Positions 12,405-25,060 of a stretch of 64,000 bases of DNA are shown here, one piece after another (position 1 is the first letter of the stretch; every line of letters begins with the position of its first letter). Location of the stretch: the NCBI RefSeq assembly GCF_000143415.4, contig NW_003314261.1, positions 1,165,674 through 1,229,673 on the forward strand. Reading direction: 5' to 3'. The translations under genes were made by a program, and so were the position numbers. This DNA is from Selaginella moellendorffii. Lineage: Eukaryota; Plantae; Lycopodiophyta. The notes under the pieces were generated by a model, which was not told the origin of the DNA, searched no databases, and saw nothing but the letters and a program-made list of their open reading frames with translations.

Positions 12405-13271
12405 CTACAATGGTTTTCCATTGCTCGACCAGAGACGAATGGCCAGCCAGTTGTTAAACAAGCGAAGCACGCCATCGTCGCCCACCACCAGGGAAGTGGC
12501 ATCGTAACAGGGGAGGCGGCAGTACGTGTTGGTCGCGAACAGGGCCACGCCTTTGCCGTCGTACACCACAAAGTTTCCGTCCGTCTGGACGACCGCGTAG
12601 CAGCTGTCGCCCTTCCCGTTCGTTTCCGACGACCACAGCGACTGCGAATGGCCCAAGTCGTAGAGAACCAGGTTGCAGTCGGTTTGCATGATCAGCTCGT
12701 AGGCCCTGTTTGCGGACAGGATAGAGAGGCCTACCCTGAGAAACTTGTAGATCGCGTTCGTGATGCCGGTGAGGAAGATCCAGCAGTCTCCGAAACTAGC
12801 CGGCTCGATCGACTCGTCCGTTAGCTGCGGCCACTCTGGAGGATCCAAGCTGTACATGGCCATGTAGTTGTCCTTGGCCAGGATGAGGAAGTCGAAGCCT
12901 TGTCTCCTCACTAGGCGCATGAGGTCGAGGTAGAGTGGCAGCAGGCCGTCCTTCAGTTCCTGTCCGAACGCGGTCACGCTGCGATCCACGGCCGCGTTGC
13001 AGTAGCCGCGCTCGTTCGCCTTCTTGAGGAACCAGAAGCTGAGGTTGATCTGCATCGTGCCGACTTGGACGTAGTCTGAGAAGGACTTGCCGGCGGGGTA
13101 TGCGTCGCCCACCTGGATCCGGTTGAGCACTTTGTAAGCAGCGGTGACTATCGTCTCTCGCGCGAAGCCAATGGGGAGGCTGTTGGGGGTGCCTTGGTAG
13201 ATTGCGTTTCCGCTGCAGCAGCTGGCCGTGAAGAGCCAGAGAGCGCAAAAGAGAACAACCTGCTGCTCCAT
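12405..13271 (-). CDS. Secreted protein with an unassigned N-terminal domain and a C-terminal GNA-type (bulb) mannose-binding lectin domain, intronless
   Basis: Signal peptide MEQQVVLFCALWLFTASCCSG. Mannose-site motifs QTDCNLVLY and QTDGNFVVY, a degenerate third site GDDGVLRLF, and LWSSETNG. Confidence 0.85.
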   Translation of the reverse strand: MEQQVVLFCALWLFTASCCSGNAIYQGTPNSLPIGFARETIVTAAYKVLNRIQVGDAYPAGKSFSDYVQVGTMQINLSFWFLKKANERGYCNAAVDRSVTAFGQELKDGLLPLYLDLMRLVRRQGFDFLILAKDNYMAMYSLDPPEWPQLTDESIEPASFGDCWIFLTGITNAIYKFLRVGLSILSANRAYELIMQTDCNLVLYDLGHSQSLWSSETNGKGDSCYAVVQTDGNFVVYDGKGVALFATNTYCRLPCYDATSLVVGDDGVLRLFNNWLAIRLWSSNGKPL

Positions 13272-13487
13272 AAGTGTCAGAGTGATTGCTAGATAAACAA
13301 CACAATCAACAGGCTTACTTGTAACTACTAGAAGACACTCCACCGTTCAGTTCCAAAGTTCTTTGCCAGACTCTTCTCTCGTTTTTATTGAAAAGGCCTG
13401 AAAAACAGTGTATGGTGTAAGTACACACACAAACAAAAAAAGATAGCCTCGTACCTTATTTTCGTCAATACATGCTGCTGCTGCTTT

Positions 13488-15172
13488 CTACTCGTCGCTC
13501 GGATTGTTGACAAGTTGGATCCCCCACTTCACGTCCTGGCAGTGTTTGACAGCGTCCAAAACCTTGCCGGGATCCCTGCCACCTTTGCAGTCACAGTCGT
13601 AAAGTGGAGGAGCGTGGAAGCACGGATCCACGGAGAGGACACTGGAGCAAGCCGGTTGAGTGGGATCGTCTTCCAGCCTGCGTAAAACCCGCGGTCTCAA
13701 ACCAGCCAAGCCCTGTGCAACGTAGCCAAACGTGGACATGGGACTAGTCACCAGAGTGTCGCAAAAGGAGAGGAGGAAGATCTCCATGAGCGCCTTCTTG
13801 TCATGCTCGGAAGTATCGGTCTTTTGCACCCCTTCGTGGCTCGGCAAGTGCACCTTGACTCGCGAAAGATCTTCCGTAGGAAACATGACGTACATGTCTC
13901 GCAGTCGCTCGTAGTAAATCTGGTGGAGTGAAGTTATCAGCACGGAGATTGATTTGTCTTCTCCGCCACCGATCAGTCTGCTAGCTTCGTCGTCGCGAGT
14001 GACATTGGGAAGCATCTTGTTCTCGACGACGCATTCCAGGACCTGGTTCGAGAATGCCTCGATCGAGCCTTCGAACGTCCGGAGCTGGAGGCCGACCAGC
14101 AGCTCTGCTCCACCTAGATAGCTCTCGTAGTATCTCGTTGTTCGAGCCCACACCGAGTTTGATGGATGAAGCAAGTACCTCCCAAGGTGATGGAACACAG
14201 CCTCTCGCTCCGGAAACATCCTCTCCAGCTCCGCTCGAAACGTTGGCATGAAGTAGAAGCTTGGAACGAAATAGTTGTTCGACTTGATGAAGAGCCACGG
14301 CACCTTTCTCAAGAACTCCTGCTCGCCCTCGCAGAAAAACCTGCGGTCCTGTTCGTCGTAGGTGTGAGTGAGATGGATATACACCTTGCCTGGAGCGGCG
14401 ATCAAGTGACTGGCATCGGGAACACACTTTCCAGCGTCGCGGACAATGGAGCCAAATCTATGCTGCGAGGATTCATTGAGACCACGCAGCCACTCTCGAG
14501 GAAAGCTCGATGGGAGAAGCCATGAAGAACCTGGGAAAGGCTCGCACAGGAGCTCCTCCAAGTCCACCCCTGGATCGACCAGCAAAACTCTATCCGTGAG
14601 TAGAGCGTAGAGAAAAGTGGCTGCCAAAGTCACCAGCTTGTTCCCTAGGCCACTGTATGAGACCCAGACGAGAAACTGGCAAGAACTTCCACCGCCACCA
14701 TCTTGCCTGGATTTCTCTGCCTCTGGAGCACACCTTTGATGCAAGGCCTCGTATTGGCGAAGCTTGGAAACCAGATACTTCGAGGGCTTGAATCGCGAAG
14801 CCTGGCGATACAAGTGGTGCCGGGATCTACTGTGGCAGCGATCCTCTCGATCGCGGGGAGCGAGCAATCCATCCATGCCCTGCCGATCACCTGCATTGCG
14901 AAGATCCGCGCTTCCATTCTAGAATTCATGGCTGCTAGCGGCGTACCTTGCGGTGGATTTTGCCAGTGTGAAGGAATCGCTCGTCGGCTCAGCGCTATCG
15001 ACCCTGGATCCAGCCGCGAGAATCTGGCGAATCTTAGCGCGAGGAGAGAAGAGAATACCAGGCAGGAGAGGAGCGCCATGGTCAGGAACTTGAGTGACGG
15101 CATTCTTTTCCCTGGATGCGCTGGAGGGCGCGAGAGATCGAGCTGGATTGCTGGGGATTCCCTGCGCCTCAT
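13488..15172 (-). CDS. Xyloglucan/AGP alpha-1,2-fucosyltransferase (GT37, FUT1-like); 2 exons 15172-14947 and 14890-13488
   Basis: TM anchor in exon 1; DGLL...CHSR, SGLGNKLVTLA, LLCEPFPGSSWLLP, VFHHLGRYLLHPSN, LVTSPMSTFGYVAQGLAGLRP, PCFHAPP. 56-bp GT-AG intron. Confidence 0.93.
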
Positions 15173-16982
15173 CTGTTCCCAAGCAGCATTGAGCTAACCA
15201 AGAGCCCTAGGATCACTTTCACTTTACCGGACCAAATTTTAATCTTTTATATTTTTTATAAACCTCTAACTCACTTTTAAATTAGACTTTTTAAATTAGA
15301 AAATTTTAACTTAATTTGAAATTTAAATGATTTTATATTAACATTAGTTAATATTGTTAAAAACACTTAAATTAATGATAAATGGTTCACAAAACCATTA
15401 AATTAGCTAATTTAAGGTAACCACTTGTTGCTTGACATGTGCTGTAAATCCTCTCCTCACACCTCCTCATTGCTTGGCAGTTTGATTGATTGCTTTCCTC
15501 AAATTGATTAATTGAACACTTTACTATAATATGTTGAATTTAGATTTTGTGGAAGGTCATCCAATTTAATATTATTCAAACCTGATGATGCTTAGTTTAA
15601 GTATTCCAAAACTTTTAAATAAAATGCACTCATATTTTACAGGTCATTTTCTTTTATATTTGAATCTTTATAAATTGTTTTCAAGTTCTCTTTTCTTTTG
15701 GTTGTTCACACTTACTAATCTATTCCACAAATTAAAATGGCCACCAAAAATTTTGTTTGAGCAATTAATTTGTTGTTCCTAGTTGAGCACAATTTAGAAG
15801 CCTTACAGAATATTTTAAAAAAATATTAATTCTAACATTAACCTGTGTGAAAAAAATAAAATATTAAATTAGAGTTTGCAAAATCCAATTTAATAATATG
15901 AACACTTTACCATTAAATTAACTAATTTAATAGTGGGTGTGAAACCCTCATAATAATGATTACCATTTTATACATAACATAATTTTATTAGTTTTTTCTA
16001 ACAGTCTATGAATTAGTGAGACATATTTAATGATTAAATATTAATGAAGTTAATGGTTTTTTTTCAATTTTAAAATATTGTAACTTGATTATAATATATA
16101 TTAGTTACTACTTATAGAGTATACTCTTATAATTTACATTTGTAACCTAAAACCTATTCAATATATCTCAATGTTATAAGCAAAACCATCATATCCTTTA
16201 TAAGTGAAACTTTTCAAATTTATACTACTGCTTTAGATGTTAATATATTAATGATATTAGTTATTTTATTAACTTAAATGAAAATTAAAGTTTATACACA
16301 ATAATAGTAATAATAGTTGCATCCAAAATAACTGAGTGTGTTCTTGAACATTTAAAAAATTAATAGCTAAGCTTTTGCACATTTGAATTCTGGTAATAAT
16401 AATGCTAATATGGTTTTGCAATTTATATTTTGAATGATAATTCAAATTATTATTACAAAATTAAATAAAATAATTACAATTTTAAGTAAGTATACAAGTA
16501 GACTTATAAATATATACATTTATGGTGAAATTAATTAACTATAATTTTATAAACACAATTGAATAAGACTAACCAGTAGTTAACTCAAATTAAAACCTTC
16601 TCAAGAAGCATGTGGAAAAAAGAGGTTGTTCCTGGTAAAAAGGAAAGTGTACTATACTAGCCTAACTGATTGTTAATCTACGCTCTTCTTGAGAAAATCA
16701 TCTCATTAGTCTCACTCCATGCTCTCCCAGTTTGCAACTCGGCTCTTGCAAGTCTTTGCAAAAGCCATCCATTGTCTCTGCAACAACTTCTCCTTAGGAT
16801 CCAATTTCTGGATTTGGAGAACCGGTGCTGTGCTCCATTTTAAATCTTCCCAAAACTTTGATCGTTAAGTTTTCCAAAGTGGGACTCTGAATAAAAAAAG
16901 TGTGTTAGCTGGTCGAGCCTTCAAAAGCTAAAAGTTAAGGACGTCACAATAGCAGAACTCTTGTATGTGGACCTGTGGCTCA

Positions 16983-19361
16983 TCAGAACGTCCCTTCGTC
17001 GTCTTCTTCTTGCTCGTAGATGGTGTACTCGGTGTCCTCGTCTGTCTCGCCCGCCTTCTGGCCCTGGGGGAATTTCTCAAGCAGAGCTTGCAAGTAGTTC
17101 TTCGGGATGTCATGCGAAGGATCTGAGCCAATGTCAAAGAAACAAATGTACAGATTTGCAAAATAGGATACGTGTTGGAACCTCGCTTGGAAAGGTTTGT
17201 GTTTTGCTCTGCACACCACCACCAAGTTGAGTGGGAAATGAAGATCGCATTTTGAAAAGATACCTTGTTTTGTAGATTGTCTTCATCCTCTTCAGACTCT
17301 TCATCTTCTTCGTCTTCCTCATCCGCCCTCGCTTCGTCGTCTTCTTCTTCCTCTTCGTCGTCCTCGTCATCGTCCCCAGTCAGCACTTCCGGCTGCTTTC
17401 CTGCGTTGGTTGTCTCCGAGCCATGAGGAGTTTCTGCTATGTCACCTTCTGTAAACCAGCAGTCAGTCACAAAGAGCAAAGACAGTAGAGAAAACTGCTA
17501 AAACCTGCGAACAATGGCTCTGGAAACAAACCAGGGTCGTCCATTGTGTCAATGCTTTTGTCAATATGTCTGAGAGCCCCCCTGTTTCCGCCCCTCCATC
17601 CAGCCTTGTTCTTAAACCTTTCAAAATTCTTAGTTTCTGTTTCCTCTAGAGCTCTAGCAGCATCCCCCGGTATCAAGGCGAGGAAACGTAGACGTACGTG
17701 CTGCCGCATCCTTTCCAACGTGCCCCGTCGAAACCATCCAGTAGATTCCTGCAGAACAAACAATTAGACCAAGCATTGAAAACACTCACACTACTCACAC
17801 TACAAGTATTGCGTTCTGGCGGCTTCTCGATCTGAGACTTGATGAAATCGTCTTGCAAATCGTAGAGTTGGAAAAAAGAGAATTTCTTTTGCGGGACCAC
17901 CTTAAATGCACACTCGTCTCTCCAAAAAGTATTCTCCGCCCTGCGTCAATTTCAGAATAAGAAAGCACAAGTTTATATATTATGCTTACTCTCGTCTAGG
18001 AGCTTGCTGTACAGAGTACCTCAGCAACCTCGGCACTCTGAAGTCCAGCATTTGGTACCTGAGCAAACCAAACTATTAGCTCTCGCAACAAGGTCGCTAA
18101 AACATACTTCCGTGATGCTGGATCTTTTCGTGGATCGTAGCCGTTTTTTATCCACAGTGTTCTAAACGGACCATAAAGAAAATTGTATGCAAGTCTAAAC
18201 AAGAGCCTACAACCAACAAACTGCAGAGTTAAAGAGGCGTAAGTGCGACCATTCAGCTCTACCGTTTTAGCATTGAAGGTGTCGGCTCCAAACCTTGATC
18301 GTGCAATTTCTGGACGAGTGTTGTTTTCACCCATATTGGTCGCTCTTCAAAACATTTCACCATGGCCTTGTGTAAAGACCATTCTTCTGAATCCTTCACT
18401 AGCTTGACCTCCCAGTTCACTGCCTTGGGAACATGTGTGGTAAGTCAAGTCAAAACTCAAAGACAGAAAAAAAAATTAGCTCAGAAAAGGATATCTTTTG
18501 CTTTGAAGTCAAGACCAAAGCAAGGTGTAAAATCCATCTGCCAAAAACCATATTCTCAGAACGTAGAAACAGCAAAGAAAAAAGAAGTACCGGATTTTCG
18601 ACTGGCTTCGCTTTCGAACGATCTGATGGGCGTAGCCTAAAGAATGATAAAAACTCAGCTTCACAATCAAAGCAATGGATCTAACTTACAAAGTCTCCTC
18701 TGGCATGTCCTTTATCGAGAATAGTGGAGGAACAAGAATCATGAGGTCCTCCTCTTCCATGTCCATCAAGCTTCCTTTGTCTTCAGTTCAGTGACCTTCA
18801 TGAAAAAATCTTTTTGCAGAAAAAAGAAAGCATACCAAAGCGCTGTTTAGTCTGCTTGGATTTCTTCTCGCTGGAACCATTCGAATGCACCGCAAGAACA
18901 TATTGATAGTCCGCCATTCCTACAGGAAAAATGAGATGGGAAGAAAAAACTTTTAGAACAGCGCTCACCATCAAAGACGTAAGAATCTTCCACATGAGCA
19001 ATTATCTCGGCATCAAGCTCCCGCGAATCTGTTGAGTTCCTCTCATCTCCTTGCTTCGGCGCGGAAATTCGAAGCAAAAGATCCGAAGTCCGGTGTGGCT
19101 CACCAAATGCAGGGTGCGAATAAGGATCTTCCGGCCTAAATTTGAGCTCTAGATAGCCAGCATCCGATGCCCGGACCTTAAGAACCACCTTCCTAAGCAA
19201 AGAGCAAGAATGGCAGGGGGAGTTACCTTGGCGATTCCAGCCTCGCCGCCCAGCGTTTCCACAGCGCGCTCGATCGAGCTCGGGTAGCCCGGGTATTGCA
19301 CGGCAAAAACCCGGCGCTCCGGCAAGACGCCGCTCACGCTCCCCTTCACCACGGGCGCCAT
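16983..19361 (-). CDS. GTF3C5: General transcription factor IIIC subunit 5 (Tau95/Tfc1), multi-exon
   Basis: FAVQYPGYPSSIERAVETLGG, LELKFRPEDPYSHPAFG, GMADYQYV, AYNFLYGPFRTLWIKNGYDPRKDP, TGWF and an acidic C-terminal tail. Confidence 0.9.
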
Positions 19362-19504
19362 TCTCAAAATCTTGTATAAACCCTAACTTAGAAGCTGACG
19401 TGGAATGCTCTCTTAATCGTTAGAAAGAAAACAATCCAGGCCGTCCATGGCAGTGGTTTAAATCAACCCGTTCATTTCAAAACTTTAGGGCTTTCATCTC
19501 AGCG

Positions 19505-20125
19505 ATGGCGTCTTGCAATCTTCGCTTTGTTGGAGGGATGCGCCCTGGCGATCAAGGATTTCAGGTGAAATTACATGGATTTCAATCGAAGGAAGTATTT
19601 TCTCTCCACAGCCTCGCAGCGCTCCTCCTTCTCGTGGTTTGGTCGAAGCCAGGCCTCGAAAGCGCCATCGTGTTATCGTCGCGGCTCTTGAAGATGTGGC
19701 GTCGGGAATCGCAGTGCTGGGAATCGTTGGAGCTGCCTCGTTTGCATTGGCGAGATTGCAAAAGGGAGCTGCGGATCAAACGAGGGTTCGTCTACTTCTA
19801 GTACGATTTTTTGCTATTCTATAAATCTTTGTTGTCTAAACAGGATGATTGTGGAGCTTGTAGTGGCACGGGACTATGCCCACAATGTAATGGACAAGGA
19901 TTTGTCATGAAAGAGCTTCTTCCTGATGTTGCTGCTAAGGCAAAAAAGAGTGCGAATGCCGCAAAGAGGAATACAGCCGGGTAAACTCGCTGCCTCTTGT
20001 TTTTTCGATACTTACGATTTGATATGAACAGGTTGCCAAATAAGTGGAAGTACTGCGTGGCTTGTTCCGGCTCAAGAACATGTCTCGAGTGTCAAGGAAG
20101 AGGCTGGAACTTACGATCTTCTTGA
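19505..20125 (+). CDS. Plastid-type DnaJ-like zinc-finger (CxxCxGxG) protein, 4 exons
   Basis: Spliced product has a transit-like N-terminus, TM segment IAVLGIVGAASFAL, CGACSGTGLCPQCNGQG and GLPNKWKYCVACSGSRTCLECQGRG. TGA at 20123-20125. Confidence 0.85.
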
Positions 20126-20185
20126 AAGTTTTTCGAGCTTTAAAAGCTAAGTTCCAGAGATGTTTGTCTCGAGCAGCTTGTCATT

Positions 20186-22250
20186 CTAGCTTCCTACTTC
20201 TTCGTTTTCACTGACAAGAACACGCAAAATCTGCACAAGCTGGTGAGCTACCTAGTTTTGATGTTTTTACTGACCTGCTTGATCCTCAGCCTTCGCGACG
20301 GGTCTTCTTGCAGGCAAAACGCGGCAGCATGAATCATGCACTGTATTTGGTATTCGTCGACGTCAGTCCCAAGCCTCGGGTCCAGCAGTGACTTCGCGTC
20401 TCTAACTTCAAGCTTTGGACGAGCCTGGTGAAAAAGATCAGGTAAAAGCTCTAGCTTGCAGTAGCGAATACTCACCCATTCTACCAGGCTCGTCTGCTCG
20501 CAAGACAAATCAATCGCTCTGCGGCCAGTGATAATCTCCAGCAGAACTATGCCGAAGGAATAAACATCGGCTTTTTCTGTTGCCACGCCAGTTGCTCCAT
20601 ACTCTGGAGCCACATACCTTTGAATGTCCAGGTATGCCATGTTTGCCATTTTTCACATTTAGTTTAGAGCAGCAGCCTACAAAAAAACCGCTTTGCTTAC
20701 CCAGTAGCTGCTACTAGAGTCGTCTCCGGTGCCGCCGAGTCATTTTCCCATTTTGCAAGTCCAAAGTCTCCGACCTGTGGAAACTCATCGTGTCATTAGA
20801 TGTCTCTACTGTCTCTACTCTCGGAAGCTCACAACTGGAGTAAAGTCATGTCTTAAAAGTATGTTGTGTGGCCGTATGTCTCTGTGAATAACTCTGCCTT
20901 GTGTGCATTCATGGTGAAGGTAGCGTAGTGCTTTGGCAATACCCACAGCAATGGAATGCCTTGCAGGCCATGAAAGCACAGTAGAGTTTTTTGCTGTGAA
21001 GGTTTTAGTGGATGTTATAAGAATTAAGAGTAGAGCTTACCGGAGAGGTGCCAAGCCAGTGTACCATTGCAGACGTATTCATAAACTAGGATTCTCTGAC
21101 CGTTTTCAGTGCAGTATCCGACCAAGCTGACAACGTTGTCATGGTTTGTGTGTGAGAGAACTTTTATTTCTGCAAAAAACTCCTTATCTCCTTGTGTGCT
21201 TTTAAGCTTGTGCCTTTTCACAGCGACTTCGAGTCCTTGTTCCAGTAGAATGCCTTTGAACACATTGCCAAATCCTCCTTCAGACAAAAAGTTGGCTTGC
21301 GAGAAGCTGTGAGTTGCTTCCTCGATCTCTGCAAGTTTAAACTCTCTAATTTCTTGTGCATTTCTTGTCTTACAGTAACACCCTGAGCATCGCTTATCGA
21401 AATCCTGCTGGGAGAAGACTGGAGTGAACGCTTGAAGGTAAGCCATTTGCTCTAAAAACTAACAAATATGCCCATACATACCATTGTTTGCCGAGGAAAA
21501 GGGAGTCAAACCGGTAGAGGAGAGTTTGCGGAGCTCGAATGATGGTCCCACGATAACAGGTTCGGAAAGCTTTACAATTCTTCCTTCGTTGTTGCGGTTC
21601 ATAAGCACGATATTACACGCTAGATGCTCTGATAAGTATCTCTCGTATCGTTTCAGGTTCCTAAGATAAGCAAAACACAGCGTTTGCAAAAGAAAAAAAT
21701 AAAACTGGATAAGTTTACTTGTCCAATATCACCCACGAGGCTTGAAGCTTCCTTGTTTCGCTTACTGCTACGACATTGAAGGGACTGCCGGCAACAATCT
21801 TCACTTCCAGTTTCACCTACAAAGATATCGGTATCAAATCGTTTTTTCCTTTGCCAGTGTGACTTTGCCTTTTTAACTTTGCAGGCGCTGAAAAAATCAT
21901 CTGACTTCAACCTGTAGTAGCTTCCCGTCTTTGTTGCTTCCTCCTCGAGAGATTTGACATTTACTCCATTGAACGATGTGAAGTCTACCTTGGATCTATA
22001 TCCCACTACGACAAAACAAGGTACATTTATTTACGGAAGGAGAACTAAACTTAGAAATCAAAGCTTTCAGAAACGCCTCCTCATTCTTACTTGGTGTGAG
22101 AACTTCGTGGAGTATGCCAAGAAGAGTGACGAGAGTTCCTGGCTGGACAACTCGATCCAAGGTCCACGACACAGCAGCGTCAGAGAGCTCTCTCAAGGTG
22201 TCGAAGATTATCACAACACCATAAGCCATCGCTTCTTCTTGTTCTTCCAT
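20186..22250 (-). CDS. Receptor-like cytoplasmic kinase with USP-like N-terminal domain (HRDxRP type, SELMODRAFT_444075-like family), multi-exon
   Basis: N-terminal VVIIFD..ELSDAAVSWTLDRVVQPG..VTLLG; FSQANFLSEGGFGNVFKG, VAVK, HRDIRPHNILL, VGDFGLAK, YVAPEY, KADVYSFG. Confidence 0.87.
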
Positions 22251-22537
22251 TGTCACTTACTTTCGTTCTTTGTTTTCTCTACAGCTTTTAAATCATAGAC
22301 AACGGATTGAGCAAAAATCGAAGATGGATATGCGAAAGATCCCTGGATATTTGTTTAAACACTACAGGCTTTTCAAGATAAGTACGGGAGCCACGTATGC
22401 GTGGAAAATTAAGCTGAAAATTTTGGAAGGCTTTGAAGCCCTCGTCGGCGCCGGCGAGAATGCGACGGCCACGGCGCTAAGGTCTGACGGTACCTTGGCA
22501 CGCTAGCAGCAATGCGCTGCTCCAGATCAAAGATCTG

Positions 22538-24957
22538 ATGTTCTTCCAGCTCTACGGTAGGATTTCTTTCTTCTCCTTCCTAATTTTTTGATTGAATCCT
22601 CGCAGGAACTCCCTCTAGAGAACCGAATGACGATTTTCTGTGTTCCTCGTCTAGATCGATGGCTAGGCCTCTCGGCAGCGATGATAATGATGGTAATCGA
22701 TCTTACTAGAAGTTAAGCTCTTATTTTGTGTTATATTTTGTCTGCAAATACAGGGCTGTGCCGGATTGACATACACGTATGCTGTTTACAGCGAGCATAT
22801 GAAGCAAAGGTTACATTTTTCACAGGAAGATATCGATGATATCGGTGCTGCCAAAGATCTGGGAGGAGTTGTGGGACTTCTTTCCGGGCTTTTGTACAAT
22901 ATGTATCCTCCCTGGGTGACGATAGGAATTGGAGCTGCCTTGCATTTCTTTGGCTACACAATGGTCACTAGCTGTTCTCCATCTTTTCACGTTTCTCAAT
23001 TTCCTGGATTTTGTAGGTTTGGATGACTGTAGCAGGCAAGGTTGCCCCTTCGTTCTGGCTGGTATGTTTTGCGTGTTTCGTATTTTAAAAATTGTCCTGA
23101 ACAGTTTCTTGTTTCTCTGGAAAGAAAGTTGTGCATGTATTCTGCCGTGGGGAATGGAGGAGATAACTGGATTGACACAGCCTGCATGATGACAAGGTAC
23201 ACAACATGGTGTTTCTTATGATTCTATCGAGTTCTCTTAGCTTGCAGAACTACGAAGAGCAAAGAGGGACGGCAATGGGGATATTGAAAGCACAGCTTGG
23301 TCTTAGTGGTGCGATATTTGTCATGGTAAGAAAGCCTTGATACATTTCAAAAAAGTAATCTCTTATTGGTATTTCTAGATTTACGAGGTGTTTCTTGAGC
23401 CAAATGTGAATCAGTTCTTACTGCTTATGTCACTGGTTCCTACACTGGCCTACGTTTTGCTGGCGTTTTTTGTTAGGCCTTTCGATCACACAGAGGATGA
23501 AGATCCATCGGCTGCTCCTCGTTTCAAGATGGCATTTGTAAGTCAATCCCATGTGAAAGTTTTGTGTTAAGTCGTTCTGCAGATCACCGTTCTCGTGCTT
23601 GGAATTTTTATGATGGTTTCATTGGCTTCGAAGGTACAAAACTTTACTCTTCAAGAAAAAATTCATTTCCACTACCGCAGGAATATTTTAAAGAAAGCAA
23701 GGTCTTACAACTTATGACCATTACTGTCATGCTATCAATCATGCTACTAATGTACACTATCCCAGTTAAGTCATCGGTGTATCACCTACGAAATCTGACT
23801 CCTTTGAATTGCGATACCACAGCTGATTCGATTTCCTAGGAAGTTTTTCCCACCGTCTTCTGAAGGCATTGATCTTCCAAAGCTAGAAACAAAGGCATCT
23901 GATCTTCAAGACGCTGAAGAAGAAAGATTAAATCTCTTAAAAACGGGGACCGACCCTTCTCAAGTTTTGACATATAGCCAGATTGCCACCCCAGCCGCAG
24001 CTTCTACTACACTCAAAGACGCTCTCGCAGACTTCAATTTCTGGTAAACAAACAGTTCATATCAAAACTTCAACTTAACGAACGAAGTCTGCTCCAACAA
24101 GGTTGATTTTCCTTGTCGTGACGATTGGAGCAGGAACTGGTGTGGCAATAATCAACAACCTTGCTCAGGTCATTTTCAGTTTCTTGAGATCTTCTCTCAT
24201 TATTAGTTCTTTGTTTCGCAGATAGGAAAGTCACTTAGAGCTGGAGGAACTGATATTTATGTTGGTCTGATCAGCGTCTGGAGTTGTTTTGGTCGACTCG
24301 GATCGGGGTACTTTATTTCCTCATAAAAAACTACTCTTCATGCTATGTCTTTGCAGGTATGGGTCGGATCTTCTGATGCGGCGTGGCTATCCGCGAACTC
24401 TGTGCCTTCTCATTGATCAGATGATCATGGCTCTGTGTTGTTTGCTTCTTGCTACTGGATGTAAGTTCAGACTGAGCCCGTTTATCTAAACAAACAACTC
24501 TTTTGGGTTTTGCAGTGATATCCTCGTTATTTATCGGCTCTGCGCTCACGGGACTTTCATATGGAGCATACTGGACGCTTATTCCAGCAATTCTATCCGA
24601 GGTGTTTGGCGTCCACAACTTCACAGTCCTCTACAAGCTCGTCTCGTAAGTCCCTATGGAAACTCTCTCGTTCTCTTATACGCTTTGTTACCCAGGCTTG
24701 GTCCGCCTCTTGGATCATACATCCTGTCAGCCAAAGTGATGGGATCCCTCTACGACGAGGAAGCCGCATTGTATCGTCAGAAAAGTGGTGGAGCCAGTGT
24801 GTCAGCCGGCGGTGACGATCTTAACAATTGCTATGGCTCCAAATGCTTTGGCTTTGGCTTGGTAGCACTCGCTCTCGTTAGCTTGATTGGAGCCGCCGCC
24901 AGCTTCCTCCTCTTTCTGGGAACAAGACGAGCCTACCACAAAAACCAAGTCAAATAG
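22538..24957 (+). CDS. Nodulin-like / NFD4-like major facilitator superfamily transporter, multi-exon (start codon uncertain)
   Basis: RWLGLSAA, YAVYSEHMKQRL, IGAAKDLGGVVG, WIDTAC, RGTAMGILKAQLGLSGAI, INNLAQIG, WSCFGRLGSG, YGAYWTLIPAILSEVFG, CYGSKCF. Confidence 0.88.
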
Positions 24958-25060
24958 AAGTGGCCCAGTACGTCACAAGAAAAATCTTCGTTTTTGCTAC
25001 AAGAAGCTTTATCAGATTCCATCCCGCGCTCTTGTTTGTGGGTTTAGTGATTGATTCTTG

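Noticed and set aside
4120-15172. Cell-wall biosynthetic gene cluster (CGR, lectin, FUT)
   Set aside because: The genes act on different polymers and are interspersed with housekeeping genes; proximity alone is not evidence in such a compact genome.
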